Shown: positions 26,801 through 39,699 of the stretch, piece by piece | Numbering within the stretch: position 1 is the stretch's first letter | How the letters are laid out: the number at the start of each line of letters is the position of its first letter | DNA from: Fimicolochytrium jonesii | Lineage: Eukaryota | Length of the DNA: 64,000 bases | Direction of reading: 5' to 3' | Assembly: GCF_025526975.1 (NCBI RefSeq) | Contig: NW_026515670.1 | Coordinates: 248,001 to 312,000 of the forward strand | The notes under the pieces: model-generated | Told to the model about the DNA's origin: nothing | Databases searched by the model: none | The model's input: the letters and a program-made list of their open reading frames with translations, nothing else | Program-made: the position numbers and the translations under genes

Positions 26801-28690
26801 TTGAGCCCCGGCGATTTCTTCAGGTTGTTTGGAGCGACATGGGAGTTTGTAGTTGGGGGGGAGAGTCTGTGTGGGAGGATGTGCTTTGGGTTGAAGGGGA
26901 CGATACTTTCGCAGGTTTGTGTGGGATATTCACTCTGCATGCTACGCATCACATGGAGATCCTGACGGCTCCATTTGTGTTGTCGACCCACAGGCGAAAG
27001 CATTCATCAACCGCTTCCATGAAGACAAAGCCAAACAAATCGCGCACATCATCGAAACCGAGCAATGGGCACAGGCCGAAGTCCCTTACGACTTCCAAGA
27101 CATGGTCAACCAATACTTCCAAAGCACCTCCCCCATCACCCTCGATGGCAGCGACGAATCCCTCAACCGCCGGCTGTCCGACGATGAGGCGGTCACACCC
27201 AGCAGCGCGTCGTCCCCCTCCACATCTGCGCAGAAACTGGATGCGGCGTCGAGAACGCAGCAGTATTTGATGATTGATAGGAGACGATATAACGTTGTGA
27301 CGTGTGTGTTGCTCTTTTTGAAGATGTTGACGGAGTATATGCATTGTATGGAGAGTATCCCGACTTTGACGACTGATGTGCTGAATCGGATTGCCGATGC
27401 TTTGAAGGTGTGTTTTTCGTTCGCTGGTTGGTTTGCGGATGTAGAGAGGGGTATACTTAACCGTCGAGTGAAAGCTCTTCAACTCGAGAACCTGTCAAGT
27501 GATACTGGGAGCCGGCGCGATGCGGTCGGCGGGGTTGAAAAATATATCTGCCAAGCATATCGGTAGGTCCCAGCATTAGCAAACGTTTCGTGACACCGAC
27601 ATCCCATCCCCTAACGCACGTATCCACATTTTAGCATTGACAGCCCAGGCCCTCGGGGTCGTGATCGCCATCATCCCGCACATCAAAGACGGGATTCAAA
27701 AGTTCTTGCCGCCGAAGCAGCATGTGCTTTTGGGGGACTTTGATCGGTTGTTGCGGGTGAGCATTCATACACTTTGAGATTGTTCTATCTTCCGAGGGGC
27801 TTAGCAACTGATGATGATTGATTCACAGGACTACAAAGACCATCAATCGGAACTATACACCAAACTCATATCCATCATGGAGGAGTTCTGTATCACTCAG
27901 TCCGAACGGTTGCAGGTAATGCACACGTGTCCCGATGTTAGACGAGTTCCGTGAGGGAGGCTGAACGGCGCGCGATTGCTTTCCAGGCAATCGACTGGGA
28001 TAACCCGGACCCAGCCCTGTTCTCCCAAACAGAAGGCGCCAGCGTGCCCATGCTCGAGATCGTCAAACAGACCGTGACGCTACATAAGGTGCTTGCGCGG
28101 TATTTACCGCAGGAGACGATGAAGGTACGCGACGGGGTGTGTTCTTCACAGACACGTTTCTAAAAATGGATGTACTGACATGGTCGGTTTGCTTAGAACG
28201 TGCTACTGGGCGTCTTTAAGGCCTACAATCAGTGTATTGGGGACAAGCTCAAAAACGTGGATCTGTTCACCGGGGCGGGGAAGAATAGGTATGATTTCTC
28301 CTCTCCTTTCACCCAACACAATGCCAAGTTTTTTTTTACTCACAAACCCCCGCTAGACTCTTAATCGACGTGCAACACCTCATCCAAAAGCTCTCCGCAC
28401 TAGACGGCGTCGACGGCCCCGGCACCGCCCTCGAAGTCGCCGTCAACAACATCAAGATCAAGGACCGGCGCACGGCGGCCGCACCGCCGGGGACTAGTAA
28501 CCCCAATAATCGTGGGGGAACACCCACCCCGCGGTCGTCGTCGGAACAAACGACTAATACTACCCAGTCCCCGCAATCGGCCACGGCGGCGGCTGCAAAT
28601 GCGGCGGCTAATGCGAAGAAGGGGAATTTCGCGTCGGCGTTTGGGAGTATGTTGAAGAATAAGAATGCCGGGTTGCCTGGGGCCGGGTAA
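23831..28690 (+). CDS. VPS54: GARP complex subunit Vps54, multi-exon
   Basis: Peptides NAISGIINDP, LQEKLSHYLDTVEVHLLREISRRSSSFFAAL, FHEDK..E.EQW, FNSRTCQVILGAGAMRSAGLKNISAKH and LHKVL. Confidence 0.95.
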
Positions 28691-29123
28691 GGTGGGGAAG
28701 GGACTGGTGGGGGGGTTATGTATTTATTTTAGCTTCGGGGCTTTTTTTTTTTGGAGTGTGAGGTTCGGGTTTGATGACTTTCTAGAAGTGTTGTTAAATT
28801 GAAGCATGGCTGTCTGTGCAGCAAGCGTGTTGCTGCAGCGAGGGTGTTGCTACATTGTCACGAAGCACATGCTCGAATCATATCATTATCACATGTTATT
28901 GATCTAGGGAGGACCGTGAAGAGCTATGTACATGTTGAGAGGCGTACTACTACAGGTGCGGGAGGATGGGTCGAGTAGTTAGATGATGGGACCTACTACT
29001 TCCATAATTGGAAGGATGGGTCGACTAGTTCGCCGCAGGAGTCACTAGTCGAGTCTCGCATCCCCGTATAAGCTCGATTGCGGATATCCGTCCCCTGCTT
29101 CCCAGAGCGATACGGCCGCGTAG

Positions 29124-29699
29124 TCAACGGCCTCCCTTCCAACCGCTCTCTTGTGGAATACCCGTGCGTACGGCCCAACCTTTTGTAAGCGGGATTCCCT
29201 GAGCACCCGTCCGGAGTTCCTGTAGACAAGCGACACATTGGACAGCGAGTAAAACGCCTGCCATGGACACCAATTTACCGTGCCAAAATCTACCATCATG
29301 ATTGAACTTGTCTTGATAACTCAAGCTTCGCGGCGTGATGTCTTGGGGGTTCCCGATCGGAACAAAGTCGAAGTGCCAACCTGTCTTCTAGCAGGTTTCG
29401 CGGCAATAATAAGCAGTCTTGCAGCGGGCACATGCAGCGGTCGCCGGGGGTGCGGCTGCAATGAGAACTGGGTTCCAGACTATCTCGTTTCCTTGTTCTT
29501 CATGCGCCGTCGTGGTTGTCTTCGTTGTGGTTACGAAGCACACAAACCAGCAACTGATCGTTGCTCCCCAAGTCCAACAGTTGATCCGTTGTAAGCTCAT
29601 TGTGGACGAGGGCTCCACTTTTTGAACGATCCAGAGTTGTCCAAAAGCAAAGACGTCCAAATCTGCCCGCCAAGCCTCCATGGTCTCCCCCGCTCTCAC
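29124..29699 (-). pseudogene. Decayed MYND-type zinc-finger gene
   Basis: Reads ACARCKTAYYCRETC*KTGWH. The in-frame TAG at 29388-29390 replaces the Q of the MYND CQxxxW motif. Confidence 0.55.
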
Positions 29700-31549
29700 A
29701 CAGGGTTGCGAGAAGTCATTGACGGGGGATGAGTAGGATCCTGCGCGGTGTTTCCAGGTTTAGAGGTGGTGATGGTCTGAACTCTCTCCCGGAAGGGCAC
29801 CACAAGGCTGCTTTCACCATGCCCGCCCGCCGGGAGTTCCAAGTCGCGGAGGATAGCAGTGCACCTTCTCCATATGTCGGTGCAACACAAACGACCTTTG
29901 GCTCGGCTTTCCACCCATCATCCTACTTCTTCTGATCATCTAACTAGTTCAGACGATGGCCCTCGATGCTCAAGCACTTGCCAGTATGCATTCATGCACC
30001 CGCCGGCATCCGGGTTGAATGAGAGTTTTGGCTTTCATCTGTAGCCGGGCAGTCCTCGATGGCTTCGAATCCAACAGCATTTCCAAGCGGTCTCGTGTAC
30101 CCGCTGTTAGGCGACCGCACGGCAGTTGCGCCAATGATCCTGTGAATGACGATTGAAAGACTTTTGTCGGAAAATATTGTGGCCACACAAAGTCGCTGCT
30201 CCATATCCCGTTATAACTCCATTCATTCCAACGCTGCTCCAGGTTGGTCCCCCCCCCCCCCCCCCCCCCCCCCTGATATCCCTCCTTGGACCCAGCCATG
30301 CTCCACGTCGAGTTTGCAGGCTCACAATCCGATAATAGTCGAGCAATCTATCTTTTTTTTGTCCATTTCCAGCGGCGGCTGCGCATCGACGTCGTCCCCC
30401 GAAGAGTCAATCGTCCCAGTCGGATATCGGGATGCAGGTGAACCGTACTTCCATCACTTCCACTGTTTGGCATTGAGTGCCCTTTTGGCGAAAGGAACCT
30501 GGACTTGATATATACAGTCTGTTGCCATAAAGCAGGTCGCCACCGAAAGTAAGTCAGTGTCCTCGCGGCTGATCATCGCACCCATCATCCTTATTCAAAT
30601 TGAACGGTATTAGGACTCTAATCTAAACTAGATCTGTCACTGTCCTACGCAACAACCGCTGGGGCCGACTGCGCACGGCCAGGTGCGACCTGCTTTATGG
30701 CAACAGACTGTACAGTAGGACGCGACAAGGACACATCATCCCCAGCATACACCCCCAATTATGAGAATGCCCACAGAATGACGCGATTTGAGATTCAGGG
30801 GAGATTCGCGACGACATCCACGCGACGTTCTTTTGGAGGTGCTATGGAAATTCCGCGACGATGGGCTATGGACATTTTGGCAAGTTCCTCCCACAGATGT
30901 TCACACAGAGGTCCCACAGATGTTCCACAGAGGATCCTTGAACATCTGCTTTCCAACATCCACGGGAAGTGCCACACACCTGGCATCTGTGTGTCATTCC
31001 TCTCGCGTTGCCGGTAAACCCTTATATCCAGTTTGTCGCAATCATACAAGCATTCTATAATTTTTCGCGCATCAAATATGTACAAGGGCTCATCTCTTCA
31101 TAGATGACGCAGAGAGAATCAAATACAGGTGAAGTGAAGCAGGGATATAGAAAGCACGGTTCAATCGGATATAGTGGGGCGTCATCGAGAAGGGAAAAGG
31201 AGCATAAGAGGAGTAATGAGTCCCGGCAAAACCACAACCAATGACGCACCAATGCAACAATCACAGTCGCATAATAGATACATGGGTATACCGAACCGAG
31301 CTGTTGCGGCGAAAGAGGTGTTCGTGAAACGGAAGGGTATGGTGGTGGTGGTTGGTAGATTTGACTGGAATGGGCATGAGGGAATGGCGGAGGTCGGATT
31401 TGCCGTTGTGGGTAATGCGGTGGTAGCGTGCAAAGGCGTGGTTGTTGGGACCAAAAGGCAGAATGATTGCAGACGAGGGTCTGTTTGTACCAAACGTCAA
31501 TGAGAGTTTTGCGGAACGCTGAGAAGCCCACAAAGTGACATTACCATCA

Positions 31550-33787
31550 TTACAAGAAACCATCCGCTTCATCTGCATCGAACCCCCTGAAGTCGCCAAG
31601 CAGTCGATCCGCCTGAGGTGATGTCAGCTGCTTGTCGGAATTGTAGGGACGTGCCTCATAGTGATCTTCATTTGAGATGGTGCGAGCGGAAGAGGACAAT
31701 GCCGGCGTGCGAGTGGAAGCCGGCGTGCGAGTGGAAGAGGATGCTGGCGTGCGGGTGGGCTTGGGAGTATGAGCAACGTATGATGACTCGGAACCCGCGT
31801 CCGGAGACATGTTGCGGATCTGGGTCTGGTTCGGTGGCCGGGCTGTTGAGTGTTCGTCGTACTCATCTGGGGTGTGGGAACGATAGTCGGAATTCCCATT
31901 ATCACCCTGATGCGCAGAAAGCACCATCGAATCTTCCCGGCGGGTGTAGAGTGCAGCATCCTTGGACAGTACGTCCTCCATATACCTGGCACATAAAATG
32001 TTAATTCACAGGCTTAAACACAACGTACGACGATGTTTTCCTCACAGAGCAAGGGTTTCGCTAGGCAACTCGTATATCGCTTTGAGTCATTCGGTGATCT
32101 CTACCCAGAAGCGGTTGCCTAGATCCTCATTCTCCATCTCGGCTACCATTTTGCGCTGTTTGACAATTGATGCAAACGATGATCAGTATATATCTGAGAG
32201 GACACGCCACTCTCGCAGACAACCAGTCCCTCACCACGCCTTACCAGAAGTGCTGCTCTAAGCTTGTGCGATGCTTTTGGTTGGATACCATTGAACAACA
32301 TCCGAGTGTAGGCTTTGAGCTCGAGATCATTAATGACCTTTTCGTTCGGCGGGCCCACCAAGATCTGCTGCTTCATCGCGGTTCGGACTTTGGCGAGCGC
32401 ATTACTGCACTCGGTTTTGACTTTTTCGTTGATAATCTCTACATTCCGCTGTCCCTTGGTGACACCTTTGGAGATATTGAGAGTAATATGAGAGTAATGT
32501 GATGAGAATAGTCCCACCGGGTATGGTATTACTGAGCACAGCACAAAACGATGTGGCTTTACCCGCTTCCTTCCGAAAGAGAATATCTGCCAGTGTCTGC
32601 GACTCGCCGGCGTACGTTGTCTTCACGGGGTTATAACACACTTGTCTTGCCTGAGCCTTCACAGCTGAGCGGAATGCCTGTCTGTTTGTATGTACAGCGG
32701 TCGAAAATATGAAATGTTTAACCACTGCGAGTATTAATAGATAGACAACGCTCACTCCCATACAACGCTCAGCCCCATACCCTGTTTGGCTCCCAGGATG
32801 CAACCGACATTCTCTGACCGATTCGAATTTGCTGTTTCAACTCCTGGATTTCAGCAAATAGCCAGACCTGTTGCTGTGCGTGCGAGGTTGTTGCGAATTT
32901 GAGAGCAGTTGGAATAAGTTCGGGTGTAACATTGAGTGAGAGTAGGAGGCTGGTGGCCTCTGGTGTAGAAACCGCTGAAACACCGGTGGGCCCAGGTGAG
33001 AGGCTGCTGTGCGAGGTGGCGGCGGATTGTGATACGGGAAGAGTGGATTGCGTGGGAATTACGGGGACATAGGTCTTTCGTAGCAGCGGGCTCCCGGTCG
33101 AAGGCTGCCCTGTTGTGCTGGTTTGCACCCGTTTAGCTTGTGGCGTTGGACCTGGCCCTTCAGACGCTGGGCGTTTCTGACCGATTTTGAGACTACGGAA
33201 TTTACTGCTGGAGGTGGCTTTTGGTGGATGCCTTGGGTCATGTGAAGCAAGTGCTGAGCGCAAGCCAGGTGGGTCAGGCTTCGTTGAAAACAAGTTGCCG
33301 GTGGTGGTGCTACTGCCGCCAGTTTGCCTGCGGTGAGGGGTACTGCCACCGGTCATTGTGGTGCCGAGAATTGAGACGCTTCAAACGGTGATGGCGTCGG
33401 CTGCTTTCTGAAAAGGCACCAGACCGTCTGCGTGGGAAAACGGACTGTGGCTGCCGAAAAGGCAAACAGCATGAAAGTTAAGACATTTTCCCTTACGCGC
33501 GAAGGAACTCATAAGTGCTTACATAATCAGATGGACTCTCAGTTCCGCTTCTTCCCCGCTTGAGCCCAGACCCACATGCTTGACCACCACTCGTGCTATT
33601 CCCACTTGCAGAAGCACTTTGTTTCCCTTGCTTTTTTCGTTGTCGTGATGTTGTGGTGCTGCTGCTGCTTCCACCTCGGCCAGGTCCTTTCCCTTTCCCC
33701 TCTGCTTTCCCCGCCGCTTTCCCCTCTGCTTTCCCCTCTGCTTTCCCCGCCGCTTTCCCCGCCGCTTTCCTACGGCCACGGGGCATG
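31550..33787 (-). CDS. Probable second (TnpA-like accessory) spliced gene of the CMC element
   Basis: Co-oriented ORFs 33493.., 32769.., 32143.. and 31550.. separated by GT-AG introns. N-terminal PRGRRK and (GKAA/GKAE)n repeats, S/T/P-rich. Exon model not fully resolved. Confidence 0.45.
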
Positions 33788-34001
33788 GGTGCTGGGATTG
33801 CGAATTCTGTTTCCTGGCTGATGGTGGACTCGGCAATTGACTCGGCCCCATCTGACTCCAATGCCGACGATTCCCCGTCCGACGGTATCGATGACGGTTG
33901 ATCAGAATCGGCATCAGATGTAGTACCATGAGTTGTAGTACCCTCTTGTCCCAAAAGAACTGCTAGCTCATAGGTATTGACCGATTTCCGAATGCTTTCC
34001 G

Positions 34002-35235
34002 TCAAGTTGTCGTCACCATCGTCGATCTGCACTGGGAATAATTTGCGAACCCATGGGGTGCTGAATACGCAAGTGTTGACAATAGTTCCGTCGGTATATG
34101 AATGATCTTCTCTTTGAGCTTGACCACACTCACGCGCTCCTGTCTGGTGGGCTCCTTGCTTTTAGCGATTTCGCACCCCAGAAAACTGCAGTGATGTTGT
34201 GTATTCACCGGCCCTTCGATATCTGAAACACTAACTAGTCGTCTCCGGGCATCAGCAGGTGCGGCGATCACTGGGCATCCCTGCCATGTTGCATCCAGCA
34301 CATCAAAGAGGCTGACACCTATCAGGATAGATTCGTTGTCATTTGGGAAAGTCGAAATCTCCTCAACTCTTGCGATGGTTTTGTCGAATAACAACGCAAA
34401 TTCCCCTACAACTAGCTTCCGGTGCTTGTCAACATGGAGCGCTTGCCACGAAAACGTGAGCTTTACATTCAAGTGATGCCTATCGTTGTGTGAACCGCCG
34501 GCTACCGTTGCCTCAAATTTGATAGGTTTCCGATTGATTTTCCTTTTGGGAGCAAGCGGCGGATCCTCGGATAGCACTCCATACAGCTTTCTCACTTGCG
34601 GCAACTCAAGCAAACCGATCAAGTCCTCTCCCGCCCGTTCCCACTGTCCCGCAGCTCGTTCGGCTCCGGCTCGTTCGGCTCCACGCTGGTCCGCTCCAGG
34701 CTGGTCCGCTCCAGGCTGGTCGGCCCCTTGTTCCACAGCACCTTCTTGTCCCATTGCGCCATCTGCTTCAGCTCTGTCACCCTCACTAGCGCCGCTCCAG
34801 TAGTACCCGCCGGACACCAGATGCCGCATTGTTTGGTACCGCGCAAACCGCACCGCTATGTCCTTGGATGGCGCATGGCGATTTGTATGAACAGAATGAT
34901 TCCGCATGATAGCATTGAACGACTCAAATTTCTCTGTTGCATAAAGCATAGGTGGTCCCAGTCGCCGCATGCAGTCCAGAATATGTAGGATGATGTGAAA
35001 TTTGTTGTGGTTTAGGAGGCGAATATCGCCCTCGACGACCGCAGATAGCACCGCATTCAGCAATCTGTTGACATCCGCCATAAAGTCTTCCGTTGTCGTG
35101 TCGACGATTCGAGTATACAACAGGGCTGATAACGCAGCCATGTACCGCCATGCCCGAGACCACGCCGCCGAAACCAGCCCGTATGAAACCAGGTACCCAA
35201 TCTGCACAAATGCCCGGAAATCCTTCCCCTGCAAG
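34002..35235 (-). pseudogene. Fungal CMC/EnSpm-like transposase, C-terminal portion
   Basis: GKDFRAFVQ...KFHIILHILDCMRRLGPPMLYATEKFESFNAIMRNHSVHTNRHAPSKDIA...RHLVSGG matches the KxH..H....GP....TE.FE..N CMC-type pattern. Cut at 35236 by an LTR. Confidence 0.8.
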
Positions 35236-35773
35236 TGTTATGATCTCGACGACTGAGGCGGAAGCGAAGTAGAGAAGACAAGGCGAGAGCGATGGGCGAC
35301 AAGAGATTGTATTGGCGAAACAAGAGACAAGGACTAGAACAAGAGATGACAAGAACTGGTGTTGATCTGCTGGGGAGGAAGGGAATGGACGAAGAGAGGC
35401 CGGCTATTTCTAGATAGGCAACCCAGCAGGCCAGAGAACAACAACAACAAGAGGGGACTGGGGGGCGCCAGCTATGCTCCTAGAGCGTGCGTGGCGAGCG
35501 TAGAGAGCATTGCTACAGCTGCTGGCTATGGGGAAGCAGTGGGGGGTGTGGAGAAGCCGAGGGGGGATTGGCGAAATGAGAGGAGAGAGGAGGAGTGGCG
35601 ATATTGCAAGAGGATTGGCGAAATGAGAGGAGAGAGGGGGAGTGGCATTGACATTGACATTGACACTGACATTGACACTGACATTGACATTGACATTGGC
35701 GTTTGACATTTGGCGGTTGACATTGGCGGCTGTCAGTAGGTAAGCTTATGGTATGGGCGCGTCGTCCATAACA
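35236..35773 (-). repeat. 3' LTR of A1 (family A)
   Basis: Termini TGTTAT..ATAACA. Contains a (GACATT)n microsatellite. Confidence 0.95.
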
Positions 35774-35835
35774 TCACCCCTCTTTTTAGCGGCGGCGGCG
35801 GCGGCATCGAGTTTGGTGTGGCCGCAGAGGAGGTG

Positions 35836-38800
35836 CTACGGGAACAGAGGAAGGCTTGTTGGGGTACGCGCTGTGGAATCCTGGAGGAGTGCGTCGGTAC
35901 GGGTGAGGTGTTCCACGGGCTCCCAGGTGTTCTCGGAGTCAGGCCAGCCCTGCCATTTGACCAAGTACTGAAGGCGACGACAATGGATGCGAGAGTCAAG
36001 GATGGCTTCGACAACCCACTCTTCTTGACCCTCAACAGTCTCTGGGGGCGCAGGTTCGGGTTCGTGTCGTTCGGGGATGGTGAAGCGGGGTTCGAGGAGC
36101 GAGACATGGAAGACATCGTGGATTTTGTACGTAGGCGGGAGCTTGAGCCGGTAGGCGACGGGATTGATTTTTTCAACGATGGGGAATGGCCCAATCTTGC
36201 GATGGTCGAGTTTCTGAGAGGGCTGGGTTGTCTGGAGGTTTTTGCGGAGGAGCCAGACGTGGTCGCCACGCTTGAAGTCCGGTCCAGGAATTCGTTCAGC
36301 GTCGGCGTAGCGCTTCATTTGATCTTGGGCTTCCTTGAGCTCGAGGGCGAGCTGTTCATGGACTTCCCTGATTTGTTCAGCGCGGGCTTCAGCGGCGGGG
36401 TTGACGGATTCGGAGGTAGCAGAGGCCGCGAAACTGAAGCGGGGGTGGAGACCCTTGTTGACGTAGAAGGGGGTGGTCTGGGAGGCAGACTGGTGGGTGT
36501 TGTTGTAGGCGAACTCGGCGGACGACAGAAGCTGTTTCCAGTTGTCCTGTTGGTGGTTGCAAAAGCATCGGAGATACTGCTCCAGGATCTGGTTGGTGCG
36601 TTCCGTCTGGCCATCGCTCTGGGGGTGGAAGGCCGAGGAGAGGTTGGCTTTTGCCCCAAGGAGTTCGAGAAGTCGACGCCAGAACCGGGACTTAAACTGG
36701 GGTCCTCGGTCAGAGATGACGTCGTCGGGGAGGCCGTGGAGACGGATGATGTTGTGGAAGACTAGGTCGGCGGTGGATTTGGCGGATTCTGACTCGCTGC
36801 AGGCGATGAAGTGGGCCATCTTGGTGAGGCAACAGTTGACGTTCAGGATGGAGTCGTACCCGTCCACGGGAGGCAGACCGGTGATAAAGTCCAGGGACCA
36901 AGATCCCCAAGGGCGGGTAGGGATACTGTTGGGCTGGAGTAGGCCAAATGGTTTGTGTCAACTGGATTTCGCTTGGCTACAGGTATCGCAGGACTTGACG
37001 TAGGCCTTGACGAAGCGCCACTGGCTGGGCCACCAGTAGTTGCGGGAGGCGAGTTCAAGCGTCTTGGACATCCCAAAGTGGCCGGCTAGGGGAGTATCGT
37101 GCATGTCGTGGCAGACTTCGGCTCGGAGCTCGTTGGTGGGGACATAGACCAGGTTATCGTGCAGCAGGATCCCATCTTCATCTGAGAACCGCTTGATACG
37201 ATCTCGGGTTTCCTCAGTTCGTTGGGCGAGGGGTATCTTGAGCTTTTCGCGAATGGTCTTAGCGAGGGGATCAGAGGCCTGGGCGGCCTTAATCTTGTCA
37301 AGCAGCGTGGTATCCATGGGTGTGAGGTAGGCAGCCGCGAGTCGAAGGCGTTCGGGAGTCAAAATTGTGGTTGCCTGGGAGCGGAACGCTTCTTCCCCCT
37401 CTTTTAGCTCATGTTCGGAGCGTCGGGAGAGGGCATCGGCTTGGTGCTGCTGGGAACCGGGGCGATAGGTAATGACAAAGTCAAAATCCGAGAAGAATAT
37501 CGACCAGCGGGCTTGGCGGCGGTTCAGGGTGCGGGTGGTCATGAAGTACATGAAGGTTTTTGTGGTCGGAGTAAACGGTGATCTTGTGACGGGCGCCAAT
37601 GAGATGGTGGCGCCACTGGGCAAAGGAGTCTTGGATGGCCAGAAGTTCCTTGTCGTAGATCTCGTAGTTGATCTCTTCGGCCGTGAATTTGCGAGAGTGG
37701 AAGGCCACGGGGTGGAGCTGATTGTCCTGGTCAGGTTGGAGGAGAACTGCGCCAAGAGCGAAGTCGGAGGCGTCAGTTTCGACGACGAAGGGCTTCTCTG
37801 GGTCAGGGTGAGCAAGGATGGGGGCGGTGGTGAATGCTTTCTTCAGGTTCTCGAAGGCGGTGTTTGCGGCGGGTGTCCAGGCGTATGGGATGTCTTTCCG
37901 GGTCAGGGCTGTGAGCGGGGTAGCGATCTTGGAATAACCTTGGATGAATTCGGCGATAGGAAGTTGGCAAAGCCGAGGAACCGCTGGACGCCTTTGACAT
38001 TCTTGGGAGGTTCCCAATCCGTGATGGCAGCGATCTTCTTGGGGTCCATCTGGATGCCTTTCTTGGAGATGATGAAGCCTAGGAACTCAACGGATTCGCG
38101 GTTGAATTTGCACTTCTCTGGTTTGGCGTACAACCCATGCTGTCGGAGGCGGGACAAGACTTCGCGGACATGTTTGGGGTGATCTTCGGGGTTCTTGGAG
38201 AATATCAGGATATCGTCGAGGTAGACGACAACAAACACATCGAGAATGTCGCGGAAGATGTCGTTCATCAGGTACTGGAAGACGCCAGGAGCATTGCTGA
38301 GTCCAAAGGGCATGACATTGTATTCGAATAGGCCGTAGCGGCAGCGGAAGGCGGTCTTCCATTCATCGCCCGGGCGCATGCGTAAGAGGTTATAAGCGCC
38401 GCGGAGGTCGATCTTGGTGAGACGGCGGGCGCCGCGCAAACAATCCATGATACCGTTGATCAGGGGCAGGGGGTAGCGATTCTTCACCGTGATGCTGTTC
38501 AGGCCTCGATAATCAACGCAGAGGCGGAGAGAACCGTCCTTTTCTTCACGAATAAGACTGGCGCACCGGCAGGGGACTTTGAGGGTTTGATGAATCCTTT
38601 GGCGAGGTTTTCTTCGAGGTATTCGCAGAGTGCCTTCATTTCTGGTTCGCTGAGGCTGTAGATCGGGCCGAAAGGTGGCTGCTTGCCTTCTTCCAGATCG
38701 ATTGGACAGTCGTAGGGCCGGTGCTTGGGGAGAGTGTCAGCATTTCTCTTTTCGAAAACGTCGGCGAAGTCTTCGATACTCGGGGGGCAGGAAGTCTTTG

Positions 38801-39699
38801 ATGTCTTTCTCGGGTGTCGGGGGGTTACTGGGGCTAGGCGAGGCCGGGAGATCGGGTTTCGCAGGGTTGGCGTAGGCGACAAAGACCTGGTCATGCCTTG
38901 CTGCGACCCTGGAAGGCTGGGGCGGAGATGAACGAGACTCGGAGCGGCGTGGGAGCCGGTTCTGGGGTGCTGGAGCGAGATACCTTGGGTACTGGAATCG
39001 ACCATGTTTCGTCGACGGGGACTTCATCCTGGGGGATGCGGATCAAGGGCTCGGGGGTTCTGGCGGGTGCTGGGCTCGGGGGTGCTGGAGAGTTGTCCCA
39101 ATTCGCGAATTCATGGTACTGACAGTCGCAACGGAAACCGACCGAAAGGTTCTTGAAGTCAAGGTTAATGTTGTGGAGGCGGAGCCAGGGGAGACCAAGG
39201 AGGATTGGAGCATGGGGTGATTTGGTGACATGGAAGACGAGTTTTCGAAGTGGTCGTCGACCCACATGCCTACTGGTTGGGTGTGATGGGTGATTGGCTC
39301 AGCAGAGCTGGGTTGACTGTCAACGAGTTCGATCGTCAGTGGACGCTGATGCGGGACTAGGGCAATGCGGTGTTTGCGGGCAAAGTCTCTGTCGATGAAG
39401 CAGGACAGGGCACCATTGTCGATCATGGCTGAGGTAGGTATCGGGGCGCGGCTGGATGATACCATGATGGTAACGGGGTAGTTGAAGGGTTCGACGGGAC
39501 CCAGCGCAAGCATGGCGCGGGGGTTAATTTCGGAGTTTTCGACATGGGCAGCGGCTAGGAGGGTTGTGTCGGCTATAACGGAGTCGGGAACCAGGGGGGT
39601 GGCCCCTCCCGTTGCAGGAGCTGCGAGGTTAGGAGGCCCGGGGCGGTGTGTGTTGTCCAGTCGCTGGGGCTTTACTGCGGCTGGACTTTGGGAAAACCC
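35836..39699 (-). pseudogene. pol: Pol of A1 (PR-RT-RH-IN-CHD), broken by several frameshifts
   Basis: Domains are split across ORFs 39043, 38891, 38499, 37903, 37481, 36958 and 35836. Confidence 0.9.

Larger units (their letters stand above)
30638..35235 (-). mobile_element. 3' half of a CACTA/CMC(EnSpm)-like DNA transposon, truncated by LTR insertion
   Basis: Transposase C-terminus plus downstream ORFs. Candidate terminus CACTG at 30638, followed by clustered short subterminal repeats (CCACAGA, CGCGAC; about 30720-30970). Confidence 0.6.

Noticed and set aside
35359..35723. Repetitive ORFs in the A LTRs (IDIDID / NVNVSV / MSMSMS)
   Set aside because: Products of the (GACATT)n microsatellite; they recur in each LTR.
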